A stretch of 64,000 nt of DNA from Gammaproteobacteria bacterium (GTDB lineage: Bacteria; Pseudomonadota; Gammaproteobacteria; Steroidobacterales; Rariloculaceae). Shown here piece by piece: positions 23,220-32,704 of the stretch. Location: NCBI GenBank assembly GCA_022826245.1, contig JAJDVG010000010.1, positions 70,801 to 134,800 on the forward strand, in the 5' to 3' direction. The notes beneath the pieces are model-generated. The model was not told the DNA's origin, made no database searches, and saw only the letters and a list, made by a program, of their open reading frames with translations. Each line of letters begins with the position of its first letter. Position 1 is the stretch's first letter. Position numbers and translations under genes: made by a program.

Positions 23220-24023
23220 TCAGGCCTGCTCGTCGGCTTCCTTGCTCTCCCGAACCACCTCCGGCAGAAGCACTCGACATAGAATCAACCCGCTCTCGTA
23301 GAGCAGATAGATCGGCACGGCCAGCAGCGTTTGGGAAATGATGTCGGGCGGCGTCAGAAACATGCCGATCACGAACGCGCCGAGAAAGACGTAGGCGCGC
23401 GCGCGGGCCAGGGACTTGATCGACACGAGCCGGCTCCACACGAGCATGAACGTCGCGATGGGCACTTCGAACGCCACTCCGAACGCGAAGAAGATCGTGA
23501 GGATGAAGCTCAGATACGCATTGATCTCGGGCATGTTGGCGACGCTGTCGGGCGTCACCGAGACGAAGAACGCGAACGCCAGCCGAAACACGACAAAATA
23601 GGCAAACGCGACGCCGCAATAGAACAGCACGATGCTCGATATGAGCAGGGGCACCGCGAAGCGCTGCTCGCGCCGGTACAGCCCCGGCGCAACGAACCTC
23701 CAGATCTGGTAGAGGACGATTGGCATGGCGACGAACAAGGCCACGAAGAGCGTCGTCTTGAACGGCGTCAGGAACGGCGACGCGATCCCCGTGACGATCA
23801 TCGTCGAGCCCTCGGGCAGCACGTCGGTCAACGGCGTCGAGACCCAGGTAAAGATCTGCTGGGCGAACGGTACGAGACAGATGAAGACCGCGAGCACGGC
23901 GAGCACGGCCCGGACCATGCGCTGGCGCAGTTCCACGAGGTGCGACAGCAGCGTGCCCTCGGCGAGCTGTTCTTCCTCGGTCTCGGTGGAAGCCGTTGCG
24001 TGTTTGTCGGCCGGTGTGCTCAT
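23220..24023 (-). CDS. tatC: Sec-independent protein translocase TatC
   Basis: Track ORF of 267 aa. It has LSHLVELRQR near the N-terminus and six TM segments, and it completes the tatA-tatB-tatC order. Confidence 0.95.
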   Translation of the reverse strand: MSTPADKHATASTETEEEQLAEGTLLSHLVELRQRMVRAVLAVLAVFICLVPFAQQIFTWVSTPLTDVLPEGSTMIVTGIASPFLTPFKTTLFVALFVAMPIVLYQIWRFVAPGLYRREQRFAVPLLISSIVLFYCGVAFAYFVVFRLAFAFFVSVTPDSVANMPEINAYLSFILTIFFAFGVAFEVPIATFMLVWSRLVSIKSLARARAYVFLGAFVIGMFLTPPDIISQTLLAVPIYLLYESGLILCRVLLPEVVRESKEADEQA

Positions 24024-24502
24024 GTATCGGCAGCAGGCTGGCGCGGATTTTCGCCCGATCCTGACGCCTCGGCTTCCGCGGCGGCAGTCGGTCCAGACTC
24101 GGCGGCGGCGGCTGCGTCGCCCGGCGCAGCCCGATTCGCAGCCGAACCGTTCGCGGTACTGTCGTCCCCGGCGCTGTGCTTGCCGATCGCGGCGCCGTCA
24201 GCCGAAGTGCTGTCGCCGGCGCGCGCCTCGGCTGCCGCGGCATCCGGTGCCGCCGCCTCGCCGTCGGCGGCGCCCGATCGGGCTGAAGGTGGTGGTTTCG
24301 GCGGTTGCCGTTTTGTCTGTTCGCGGATCTCGTTGAGCGCCATCTCGCGCTCGAGCTGGCGGCGAAGCTGGCTCGCCGTGCGGCGCGCCTTGCTGACCCA
24401 GCGGCCGATCTGGCTCGCTACGCGCGGCAGCCTCTCGGGGCCGAGGATGAGCAGCCCGATCGCAAACAGCAGTACCAGTTCGCTGAAACCGGCGTCGAAC
24501 AT
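24020..24502 (-). CDS. tatB: Sec-independent protein translocase TatB
   Basis: Track ORF 24020..24670 trimmed to ATG 24502. MFDAGFSELVLLFAIGLLILGPERLP is followed by an amphipathic helix and an Ala-rich tail. Confidence 0.85.
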   Translation of the reverse strand: MFDAGFSELVLLFAIGLLILGPERLPRVASQIGRWVSKARRTASQLRRQLEREMALNEIREQTKRQPPKPPPSARSGAADGEAAAPDAAAAEARAGDSTSADGAAIGKHSAGDDSTANGSAANRAAPGDAAAAAESGPTAAAEAEASGSGENPRQPAADT

Positions 24503-24518
24503 CGCCTGTGACCGCTCC

Positions 24519-24776
24519 TCATCCTTGCCGCTGCTTTTCCTTCTGTTCGGCGAACTGCGCGTCGGGCTCGCCGTCCGTTTCAATCTGCTTCTGTTCCTCC
24601 GGCTCAGTGCCGCCGCCGGTGTCCTTGGCGTTCTCCGTGTCCATGGACTGCCTGAAGCTCTTGATCGCACCGCCGAGATCCCCGCCCAGCGATTTCAGCC
24701 GCTTGGTGCCGAAGATCATCATGACGATGACCAATATGATCAGGAGCTGCCAGATGCTGATTCCGCCGAGGCCCAT
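24519..24776 (-). CDS. tatA: Sec-independent protein translocase TatA
   Basis: Track ORF of 85 aa: [35 protein letters not shown]. Confidence 0.9.
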   Translation of the reverse strand: MGLGGISIWQLLIILVIVMMIFGTKRLKSLGGDLGGAIKSFRQSMDTENAKDTGGGTEPEEQKQIETDGEPDAQFAEQKEKQRQG

Positions 24777-24904
24777 TTCATCCCTCCGAGACTGTTCAGG
24801 CGTTCAATCATACGCTAAAGCGCGCCGCCAGATTCCCCGCGGGGCAGTGACGACCCCCGCGTACGTCCTGCCCGTCTACCGCCGGGCGCACCGTAATGGA
24901 CCGC

Positions 24905-25354
24905 CTATCGTGGCGGCTCGACCTGCAGCCGGATCGTGACGGGACCGTCGTTGACGAGACCGACCTGCATGTTTGCGCCGAACCGGCCGCACTGCGGCCG
25001 TGTGCCGAGCCGCTCGAATTCGGCGGCGAGCGTGCCGAACAACGCTTCGCCGCGTTCGGGGTCGGCCGCCCGCGAGAAACCGGGCCGGTTGCCCTTGCGC
25101 GTATCGGCCGCGAGCGTGAACTGCGGCACGAGCAGCACCTCGCCGCCGATGTCGCGCACGTTGAGGTTCATGCGGCCGTCGCTGTCGGGAAACACGCGGT
25201 AGGCGAGCAGGCGCTCGGCCAGGCGGCGGGCCTCACGCTCGCCGTCGCCCCGCTCGACGCCGACGAGCACGAGCAGACCGCGCCCGATCGCGGCGACGGT
25301 CGCGCCGTCGATCGCAACCGAAGCCTCGCTCACTCGTTGCAGCAAACCGATCAT
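24905..25354 (-). CDS. dtd: D-aminoacyl-tRNA deacylase
   Basis: Track ORF 24905..25429 trimmed to ATG 25354, giving 149 aa: MIGLLQRV..., [22 protein letters not shown]. Confidence 0.9.
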   Translation of the reverse strand: MIGLLQRVSEASVAIDGATVAAIGRGLLVLVGVERGDGEREARRLAERLLAYRVFPDSDGRMNLNVRDIGGEVLLVPQFTLAADTRKGNRPGFSRAADPERGEALFGTLAAEFERLGTRPQCGRFGANMQVGLVNDGPVTIRLQVEPPR

Positions 25355-25587
25355 CGTCCCGACTCCGTGTCCGGCGCATTTTGCCACGTGCCGCCCGGCC
25401 CGGCGCGACGGGAAACCGCGAGCAAGCAACGCTTACCGGGGCCGCCATGATATGATCGCCGCCGCACCGGTCCCGGCAGCCACGTGGCGCGTCGAGGTCG
25501 GAGCCACTCGCGGCAGCAGACAGGTCCTGGAGACGCGCCATCGCACGGCAGATTCCGGCTTCCGAGCGCCTCATCGTCGCGCTCGAC

Positions 25588-26274
25588 GTGGACACCCCGG
25601 CCGAAGCCCGTAGTCTGGTCGAATCGATCGGCGACGCCGTTTCCTTCTACAAGGTCGGGCTCCAGTTGTTTGTCGGCCCGGGCATGCGGTTCGTCGAGGA
25701 ACTGATCGACGCCGGGAAGAAGGTGTTCCTCGATCTCAAGATCGACGACACGCCGCGGACGGTCAGCGCAGCCGTTCGACGCGCCGCGATCGACGGCGTC
25801 GAATTCTTCACCCTGCAGGGCAACCGCGATACCGCCATCGCCGCCATCGACGGCCGCGGCAGCCGCACGACGCCGAGGTTCCTGCAGATCACGTTCCTGT
25901 CGAGCTGGGACACGGCCGACCTCAAGGCGCACGTCGGCCTCCCCGAGTCCGCCGACATCACGATAGACCAGGCCGTGCTGAACCGTACCCGCATGACTCT
26001 CGGCGCCGGCTGCGACGGCGTTATCGCTTCGGGACAGTCCGTGGGCGAGATCAGGCAACGCTTCGGCAAGGATGTTCTGATCGTGACACCGGGCATCCGG
26101 CCGGGCGGTGCGTCGACCGACGATCACAAGAGAAGCCTGACGCCGCGCGAGGCGATACTTGCTGGCTCCGACTACCTCGTCGTGGGCCGGCCGGTACGCA
26201 ACGCCGCCGCTCCCGGGAAGACCGCCCGGTCGATCGTCGCCGAGATCGAAGCTGCGCTGCGCGACTACTCGTAA
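25588..26274 (+). CDS. pyrF: Orotidine 5'-phosphate decarboxylase (5' end uncertain; homology extends upstream to ~25561)
   Basis: Track ORF of 228 aa from GTG 25588. It has KVGLQLF, FLDLKIDDTPRTV (the DxKxxD catalytic motif), and IVTPGIRP...DDHKR...VVGRP. The in-frame upstream codons read SERLIVALD, but no canonical start precedes them (see finding). Confidence 0.85.
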   Translation: MDTPAEARSLVESIGDAVSFYKVGLQLFVGPGMRFVEELIDAGKKVFLDLKIDDTPRTVSAAVRRAAIDGVEFFTLQGNRDTAIAAIDGRGSRTTPRFLQITFLSSWDTADLKAHVGLPESADITIDQAVLNRTRMTLGAGCDGVIASGQSVGEIRQRFGKDVLIVTPGIRPGGASTDDHKRSLTPREAILAGSDYLVVGRPVRNAAAPGKTARSIVAEIEAALRDYS

Positions 26275-26285
26275 AAGAGAGTCGG

Positions 26286-26318
26286 TCCCACTTCTGCAAT
26301 AATTTTGATCAAGTGGGA
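26286..26318. repeat. 8-bp stem hairpin in an AT-rich intergenic region downstream of pyrF
   Basis: TCCCACTT (26286-26293) pairs with AAGTGGGA (26311-26318) around a 17-nt AT-rich loop. It is followed by an A-run and the palindrome AAACATGTTT. Confidence 0.5.
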
Positions 26319-26546
26319 AAAAAACATGTTTATTTTGTGCTCGTTTAAGATACAGGTGGGAAATATTTGCGGATAACCGCAAGGATTCCCGACCTCGCCA
26401 GGCCGCGACCTCCCTCGCCGGTCACCCACACCGCCCCGCACCCGGCTCACGCCATGCACGCGACCGCGCCGTGGCATTAGAATGAGGCTGCACGCCCGAA
26501 AATAACAGGCCGGCCCCGCGAGCCGGTCGCGAACAGGAGCTGCCCG

Positions 26547-26924
26547 ATGCGCATCAAGGTACCCGCCGCCCTGGTCATGCTGGTCGGTCTGCAGGCCTGG
26601 ACCGCGCCGCTGTCCGCCCACCACTCCCATGGCAACTATTCCCTGCTCGAGTTCACGCATCTGCAGGGCGCGGTGAAGGAAGTCCTGTGGCTCAATCCCC
26701 ACGTGTGGGTGTTCCTCGAGGTCACCGATGAAAACGGCGAAGTTGCCGACTGGGCGCTCGAGGGCGGCAGCATCAGCGCCCTGACGCGCCGCGGCTGGTC
26801 TCGGGATGACCTCCAGCCGGGGGACGAGATTTCCGTCAGGTGCCATCAGCTCAGGGACGGGTCGAACGGCTGCCTGCTCGGCTACGTCACCGTGCCGGGC
26901 GCCGAGGAAAGGGAATTCGACTAG
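26547..26924 (+). CDS. Exported small protein, DUF6152-like
   Basis: Track ORF of 125 aa. A signal peptide is followed by the AHHS motif, then LQGAVKEVLWLNPHVW...LTRRGWSRDDLQPGD. This pattern matches the DUF6152 family as I recall it. Confidence 0.7.
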   Translation: MRIKVPAALVMLVGLQAWTAPLSAHHSHGNYSLLEFTHLQGAVKEVLWLNPHVWVFLEVTDENGEVADWALEGGSISALTRRGWSRDDLQPGDEISVRCHQLRDGSNGCLLGYVTVPGAEEREFD

Positions 26925-26993
26925 GACGGCACGTTGGCGCTACCCGACCGGTCACGGCAAGACCCGAAACGATTCATCCAACGAGGACCCGGC

Positions 26994-27611
26994 ATGCGAA
27001 CCTGCCTGCTTCTGCTGATCCCGATCATCGCGGTTCCACAGACCGCCTCGGCGCAATGGCGGGAGTTTTTCGACCGCGAGGAGTTCTTCAGCATCAATTT
27101 TCCGGCGGAACCGGAAGTCCGCGAGATCGAGTTCGAGTCGGAGTACGGCGCCCTCCTGCCCGCCAAGGTCTATACGGTCGTGGACGACGGTCAGCTCTAC
27201 TCGCTCACGGTGGTCAATTACGACGACGCCGTGGACGCGTACACCGACCTGCCCGACCGCAGTGACGAGGCCGCGCCCGCGGATACCTGGATCTACGATC
27301 AGCGCGCATCGGTGACCTTCGCGGCGCGGACGTTCCGTCTGCGCGGCGGCGATGTGACCTACGATGCCTGGCACCACATCGACCGGGTCGAGGGCCTTCA
27401 GCTTCACATGAACAACCCCGACGGCTCCCGAACATATGCCGCGATGTACTACCACAACGCGCGGCTCTACATGGTCGAAGCGACCTCGCCGGAAGAGTCC
27501 CTGACCCAGGGGCTGTTTCAGCAGTCGCTGTACTTCCTCGACGACGAGGGCATCCGGGTTCGATACAGCCTGAATCCCGATGGCTCCAGGGAACGCACCG
27601 AATTGCCTTAG
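26994..27611 (+). CDS. Hypothetical exported protein
   Basis: ATG 26994 inside track ORF 26934..27611. The signal peptide reads MRTCLLLLIPIIAVPQTASA|Q. GC3 is high. I do not recognise the family. Confidence 0.6.
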   Translation: MRTCLLLLIPIIAVPQTASAQWREFFDREEFFSINFPAEPEVREIEFESEYGALLPAKVYTVVDDGQLYSLTVVNYDDAVDAYTDLPDRSDEAAPADTWIYDQRASVTFAARTFRLRGGDVTYDAWHHIDRVEGLQLHMNNPDGSRTYAAMYYHNARLYMVEATSPEESLTQGLFQQSLYFLDDEGIRVRYSLNPDGSRERTELP

Positions 27612-27776
27612 GACCGCTCGGTTTGCAGCCGCCGGACACTCTGGTGCCCTGTCACGCATGAAATGCCGGTTCGGCAGTGTCGGTCGAGGAGCGAGCAGAA
27701 CGTGACGGGACACTAGGCTCGCGCGCACCGATCTGGTATTTGTAGTCGCCCATTTTCCTCGGAGGCCAGCGCCGCC

Positions 27777-28865
27777 ATGAAACGACGAGACTTCGTCACC
27801 GGAATCGGGGGCGTCGCCGCGCTCGCCGGTTGTGCCGGCGAGACCGAGCAGGCCGGCACGCGGGCCGAGTCCCAACAGCGCTTCCGATGGAACCTCGTCA
27901 CGACCTGGCCGCCGAACTTTCCGGGGCTCGGAACGGGCGTCAACACGCTTGCCCGCTACATCGACGAACTCAGCAACGGCCGCCTGCAGATCACCGTCTA
28001 CGGCGCCGGCGAGCTCGTCCCGGCGTTCGAGGTCTTCGACGCCGTATCGCAGGGCTCCGCCGAGATGGGCCACGGCGCAGCGTATTACTGGCGCGGCAAG
28101 ACCGAAGCCGCCCAGTTCTTCTGCACGATCCCGTTCGGCATGAATGCGCATGAAGTGAACGGATGGCTCTACCACGGCGGGGGCCTCGAGCTCTGGCGCG
28201 AAGTCTACGAGCCGTTCGGTCTCGTCCCAATTCCCGCGGGCAATACCGGCGTGCAGACCGGCGGCTGGTTCAACAAGCGAATCGACAGCATGGAAGACCT
28301 GCGCGGTTTGCGGATAAGAATCCCCGGCCTCGGCGGCGAGGTGCTCAGCCGGGTGGGCGCCACGCCGATCACCATACCGGGATCGGAGGTCTTCACGTCG
28401 CTGCAGACCGGCGCCATCGACGCGGCCGAGTGGGTGGGGCCCTACAACGATGTCGCGATGGGGCTGCACCAGGCCGCGCGCTACTACTACTACCCGGGCT
28501 GGCACGAGCCGGGTCCCGCGCTCGAATGCATCGTCAACCGCGAGGCCTGGGAGCAACTGCCGGACGACCTCAAGGCCATCGTCCGCGTCGCCTGCCAGGC
28601 GGCCGGTCTCGACATGGTTTCGGAGTTCATGGCCCGCAACGCCAGTGCGCTCAGTCAGCTCGAGGCGGACCCGTCCGTCGAAGTGCTGAGCTTTCCGCGC
28701 GATGTGCTCGCCGGCCTCAAGGCGGCAACGCTCGAAGTCGTCGGGGAGCTTGCCGCCGCCGACCCTGTCGTCGCGCGCGTCTGGGACTCCTACAGGACCT
28801 TTCTCGAGGAGTCGGAGGCCTGGCAGCGGGTCTCCGAACAGGCGTATCTGGAGACGCGTAGCTGA
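27777..28865 (+). CDS. dctP: TRAP transporter solute receptor (DctP family) with Tat/lipobox-like leader
   Basis: Track ORF of 362 aa. The leader reads MKRRDFVTGIGGVAALAGC. The body matches DctP-type SBPs (GAAYYWRGK, NTGVQTGGWF, EWVGPYND). Confidence 0.9.
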   Translation: MKRRDFVTGIGGVAALAGCAGETEQAGTRAESQQRFRWNLVTTWPPNFPGLGTGVNTLARYIDELSNGRLQITVYGAGELVPAFEVFDAVSQGSAEMGHGAAYYWRGKTEAAQFFCTIPFGMNAHEVNGWLYHGGGLELWREVYEPFGLVPIPAGNTGVQTGGWFNKRIDSMEDLRGLRIRIPGLGGEVLSRVGATPITIPGSEVFTSLQTGAIDAAEWVGPYNDVAMGLHQAARYYYYPGWHEPGPALECIVNREAWEQLPDDLKAIVRVACQAAGLDMVSEFMARNASALSQLEADPSVEVLSFPRDVLAGLKAATLEVVGELAAADPVVARVWDSYRTFLEESEAWQRVSEQAYLETRS

Positions 28866-29004
28866 ACGCTCCGCCGCGCGTGCATCGTACGGCGCAAAGC
28901 CGCTCGCCGACTGCCTTCGGCGGCATTACCGCTTGCGCGCTCTTTTGGTAGAATCCCGCCGCGGTCTCACTCGGGCAATCGCGCCGATCATCGAGAGAGG
29001 ATTC

Positions 29005-29451
29005 ATGAGAAGGAACTTGACGCTCATCGCGCTCGCCGGGCTCGCTGTCTGCGGGTCGGCGCTGGGACAGGAATGCGACCTCACGATCGAGGGCAACGAC
29101 CAGATCCAGTTCGTGCAGAGCGAACTCACGGTCAGCTCGAGCTGCACGGAAGTCACGCTGACGCTCGTGCACGTCGGGCAATTGGCGGCTAACATCATGG
29201 GTCACAACTGGGTCCTGACCACGACCGCCGACTGGCAGGCCGTCGCCCAGGCCGGTCAGGCTTCGGGGCCGCCGGACTACGTTCCGGAAGGCGACGAGCG
29301 CGTAATCGCGGCGACGGGCATGATCGGCGGAGGAGAAGAGATCTCCATCACGTTCGACATTTCAGGCCTTGAACCCGGCGGAAACTACACGTACTTCTGC
29401 TCGTTTCCGGGCCACTTCGTATTGATGAACGGCACGTTCATCATCGAATAA
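29005..29451 (+). CDS. azu: Azurin
   Basis: ATG 29005 inside track ORF 28702..29451 gives a signal peptide then ECDLTIEGNDQIQF. The copper ligands are GHNWV (His) and FCSFPGHFVLM (Cys/His/Met). It is colinear with Pseudomonas azurin. Confidence 0.9.
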   Translation: MRRNLTLIALAGLAVCGSALGQECDLTIEGNDQIQFVQSELTVSSSCTEVTLTLVHVGQLAANIMGHNWVLTTTADWQAVAQAGQASGPPDYVPEGDERVIAATGMIGGGEEISITFDISGLEPGGNYTYFCSFPGHFVLMNGTFIIE

Positions 29452-29538
29452 CAGCAAAGACAGCAAGATCGCTCTTACCATACCTGCAGCGAGCCGCCCA
29501 CGGCGGGTCGCCGCGGGCACGAACAAGGTGCACGACGT

Positions 29539-30891
29539 ATGGCTCTAGCCGTTGCAATTGTCCTGTTGGTCATCGGATCGCTGGTCTTCCACTTTCTGAG
29601 CCCCTGGTACTTCACCCCGATCGCGTCGAACTGGAGCACGATCGATTTCACCGTCGACGTCACGTTCTGGGTGACCGGCATCGTTTTCGTCGGCATCAAC
29701 CTGTTCTCCGCCTGGGCGATCGTCAAGTACCGCCATCGCAAGGGACACAAGGCGCACTACGAACCCGAGAACAAGAAGCTTGAAATCTGGCTGACGGTCG
29801 TCACATCGGTCGGCGTCGCGGCGATGCTCGCGCCGGGTCTGGTCGTCTGGGGCGACTTCATCAACGTGCCCGAAAACGCGCTGCGCTTCGAAGCGCTCGG
29901 CAAGCAGTGGCACTGGAGCTACCGCCTGCCCGGCGATGACGGCGAGTTCGGCGCCACCGAAGTCAGGCACATGAGCGTCGACAATCCCTTCGGCATGGAT
30001 CCGGAGGACCCCGCCGGGCAGGACGACATCCTCATAGCCGACCCCGTGATGCACCTGCCGCTCGGCCAGCCCGTGCACGCGCTATTGCGCTCCACGGACG
30101 TGCTGCACAACTTCACCGTACCGCAGTTCCGCGTCAAGATGGACCTCGTGCCCGGCATGGTGACCTACCAGTGGTTCACGCCGGAGCGAACGGGCACCTA
30201 CGAGATTCTCTGCGAGGAACTGTGCGGCATCGGCCATTTCGCGATGCGCGGCAAGGTCATCGTCGACGAGGTCGGCGACTGGGAAGAGTGGCTCGCGCAG
30301 CAACCGACGTTCGCCGAAACGCAGGCGCGGCCGGTCGGCGATGCCGCCGCCGGCGCCGCCAACTATGCCGTGTGCACGGCATGCCACGGCGCTCAGGGCG
30401 AAGGGCTGCTGGCGCTCAACGCACCGAAGATCGCGGGCCAGGAAGACTGGTACATGCGCCGGCAGATCGCCAATTACCTCAACGGCGTGCGCGGCAGCGA
30501 TCCGCGCGACATCTTCGCCCTGCAGATGGCGCCGATGGCGATCGTGCTGACCAACCCGACAGTACGCGAAAACGTCATCGCCTACATCCAGACGCTGCCC
30601 GACGAGCCCCCCGAGCAGACGATCTTCGGCGATGTCGAACGCGGCGCCGAACTCTACACGACGTGCGCGTTCTGTCACGGCGCCGAGGCCGAGGGCATCT
30701 GGAGCACCAACGCACCGCGCCTGGCCGGCATGAGCGACTGGTATCTCGCAAGACAGCTCGAGAATTTCCAGCAGGGCATACGCGGCGGCCACGAGGCCGA
30801 CGTCTACGGCGATCAGATGTACATGATGGCGAACATCCTCAAGGACGAGGACGCGATCAACGACATCATCGCCTACATAAACACGCTATAG
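29539..30891 (+). CDS. Cytochrome c oxidase subunit II fused to two c-type cytochrome domains
   Basis: Track ORF of 450 aa with two N-terminal TM segments. The CuA site is HNFTVPQF...CEELCGIGHFAM. Two CxxCH motifs follow (CTACH, CAFCH). Confidence 0.9.
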   Translation: MALAVAIVLLVIGSLVFHFLSPWYFTPIASNWSTIDFTVDVTFWVTGIVFVGINLFSAWAIVKYRHRKGHKAHYEPENKKLEIWLTVVTSVGVAAMLAPGLVVWGDFINVPENALRFEALGKQWHWSYRLPGDDGEFGATEVRHMSVDNPFGMDPEDPAGQDDILIADPVMHLPLGQPVHALLRSTDVLHNFTVPQFRVKMDLVPGMVTYQWFTPERTGTYEILCEELCGIGHFAMRGKVIVDEVGDWEEWLAQQPTFAETQARPVGDAAAGAANYAVCTACHGAQGEGLLALNAPKIAGQEDWYMRRQIANYLNGVRGSDPRDIFALQMAPMAIVLTNPTVRENVIAYIQTLPDEPPEQTIFGDVERGAELYTTCAFCHGAEAEGIWSTNAPRLAGMSDWYLARQLENFQQGIRGGHEADVYGDQMYMMANILKDEDAINDIIAYINTL

Positions 30892-30940
30892 GCCGCCCGG
30901 CGACAGCCGACGCGAACCTGTACGGGAGGACTTCGGAAAG

Positions 30941-32704
30941 ATGGCTTATGTAGCAATCGCCGACCGGGATCATCATCTGCACGATCCGGACACGTTCATC
31001 ACGAAGTACATCTGGAGCCAAGACCACAAGGTCATCGCGATCCAGTACGGCGTGGTCGCGATCGGCGTGGGTCTCGTCGCGCTCGCGCTGTCGCTGCTCA
31101 TGCGCCTGCAGATCGGCTTCCCCGATGTCTTCCCGTTCATGACGCCGTACAACTACTACCAGTTCGTGACGACCCACGGGATGATCATGGTGATCTACCT
31201 GTTGACGGCGCTGTTCCTCGGCGGTTTCGGCAACTACCTGATCCCCCTCATGTGCGGCGCGCGCGACATGGTGTTCCCGTACATGAACATGCTGAGTTTC
31301 TGGGTCTACCTGCTGTCCGTCATCGTCCTGATCGCAAGCTTCTTCGTTCCGGGCGGCGCGACCGGCGCGGGCTGGACGCTGTATCCGCCGCAGGCCGTCC
31401 TCGAGGGCACGCCGGGTTCGGACTGGGGCATCGTGCTCATGCTCGTGTCGCTCGCGATCTTCATCGTGGCGTTCACGATGGGCGGGCTCAACTACGTGAC
31501 CACCGTGCTGCAGGCCCGCTGCCGCGGCATGACGCTCATGCGCATGCCGCTGTCGGTATGGGGAATCTTCGTGGCGACCATTCTCGGCCTGCTCGCCTTC
31601 CCGGCGCTGTTCGTCGCCGCGATCATGATGGTGCTCGACCGCCTGATCGGCACGAGCTTCTTCATGCCGGCGCTGCTGTCGCTCGGCGAGACGACCGCCA
31701 CGACGGGCGGCAGCCCCATCCTGTTCCAGCACCTGTTCTGGTTCTTCGGCCACCCGGAGGTCTATATCGTGGCGCTGCCGGCCTTCGGCATCGTTTCGGA
31801 CCTCCTGAGCACACACGCACGCAAGAACATTTTCGGCTACCGGATGATGATCTGGGCCATCGTCGCCATCGGCGCGCTGAGCTTCGTGGTCTGGGCGCAC
31901 CACATGTACGTGTCGGGCATGAACCCCTACTTCGGGTTCTTCTTCGCGACGACGACGCTGATCATCGCGGTGCCGACCGCCATCAAGGTCTACAACTGGG
32001 TGCTGACGCTGTGGCGCGGCGACATCCACTTCACCCTGCCGATGCTGTGGGCGACCGGGTTCATTTTCACGTTCATCCACGGCGGGCTGACGGGACTGTT
32101 CCTCGGCAACGTGACGGTCGACCTGCCGCTGTCGGACACCTATTTCGTCATCGGCCACTTCCACATGGTCATGGGCGTGTCGCCCGTCATGGTGCTGTTC
32201 GGGGCGATCTACCACTGGTTCCCGAAGATCACCGGCAGGATGGCCAATGACGTGCTCGGCAAGATCCACTTCTGGATGACGTTCCTCGGCACGTACGCGA
32301 TCTATCTGCCAATGCACTACCTCGGCATCCTGGGCATGCCGCGACGCTATTACGACTACGGCCAGACCGACTTCATCCCCGAGTCCGCGCTCGGCGTGAA
32401 CCAGGGCATCACGATCGCCGCGATCGTCGTCGCGACCGCGCAACTGATATTCCTGGTCAACGTCGCTTACAGCCTGTGGAAAGGCAAGCGCGCCGACCCG
32501 AACCCGTGGCGGGCGACCACGCTCGAATGGCAGACGCCCGATACGCCGCCGAAGCACGGCAACTGGGGGCCGAAGCTTCCCGAGGTCCATCGCTGGGCCT
32601 ATGACTACAGCGTCCCGGGCGACGAAGAGGACTTCATTCCCCAGAACCACCCGATCAAACCCGGCGAAGAAAGCCTCAGGAACGCAGGAGTAAGCCGCGA
32701 ATGA
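30941..32704 (+). CDS. ctaD: Cytochrome c oxidase subunit I
   Basis: Track ORF of 587 aa with THGMIMVIYLL, GAGWTLYPP, WFFGHPEVY and HHMY haem-copper signatures. Confidence 0.95.
   Translation: MAYVAIADRDHHLHDPDTFITKYIWSQDHKVIAIQYGVVAIGVGLVALALSLLMRLQIGFPDVFPFMTPYNYYQFVTTHGMIMVIYLLTALFLGGFGNYLIPLMCGARDMVFPYMNMLSFWVYLLSVIVLIASFFVPGGATGAGWTLYPPQAVLEGTPGSDWGIVLMLVSLAIFIVAFTMGGLNYVTTVLQARCRGMTLMRMPLSVWGIFVATILGLLAFPALFVAAIMMVLDRLIGTSFFMPALLSLGETTATTGGSPILFQHLFWFFGHPEVYIVALPAFGIVSDLLSTHARKNIFGYRMMIWAIVAIGALSFVVWAHHMYVSGMNPYFGFFFATTTLIIAVPTAIKVYNWVLTLWRGDIHFTLPMLWATGFIFTFIHGGLTGLFLGNVTVDLPLSDTYFVIGHFHMVMGVSPVMVLFGAIYHWFPKITGRMANDVLGKIHFWMTFLGTYAIYLPMHYLGILGMPRRYYDYGQTDFIPESALGVNQGITIAAIVVATAQLIFLVNVAYSLWKGKRADPNPWRATTLEWQTPDTPPKHGNWGPKLPEVHRWAYDYSVPGDEEDFIPQNHPIKPGEESLRNAGVSRE

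Noticed and set aside
26357-26370. Sigma-54-like TGG...TTGC element (TGGGAAATATTTGC)
   Set aside because: The GG-to-GC spacing is one nucleotide short of the -24/-12 consensus, and the surrounding bases do not match.
26326-26376. 16-codon ORF (MFILCSFKIQVGNICG) in the AT-rich spacer after pyrF
   Set aside because: It has no Shine-Dalgarno sequence, is very short, and its composition simply reflects the AT-rich DNA. There is no support for translation.
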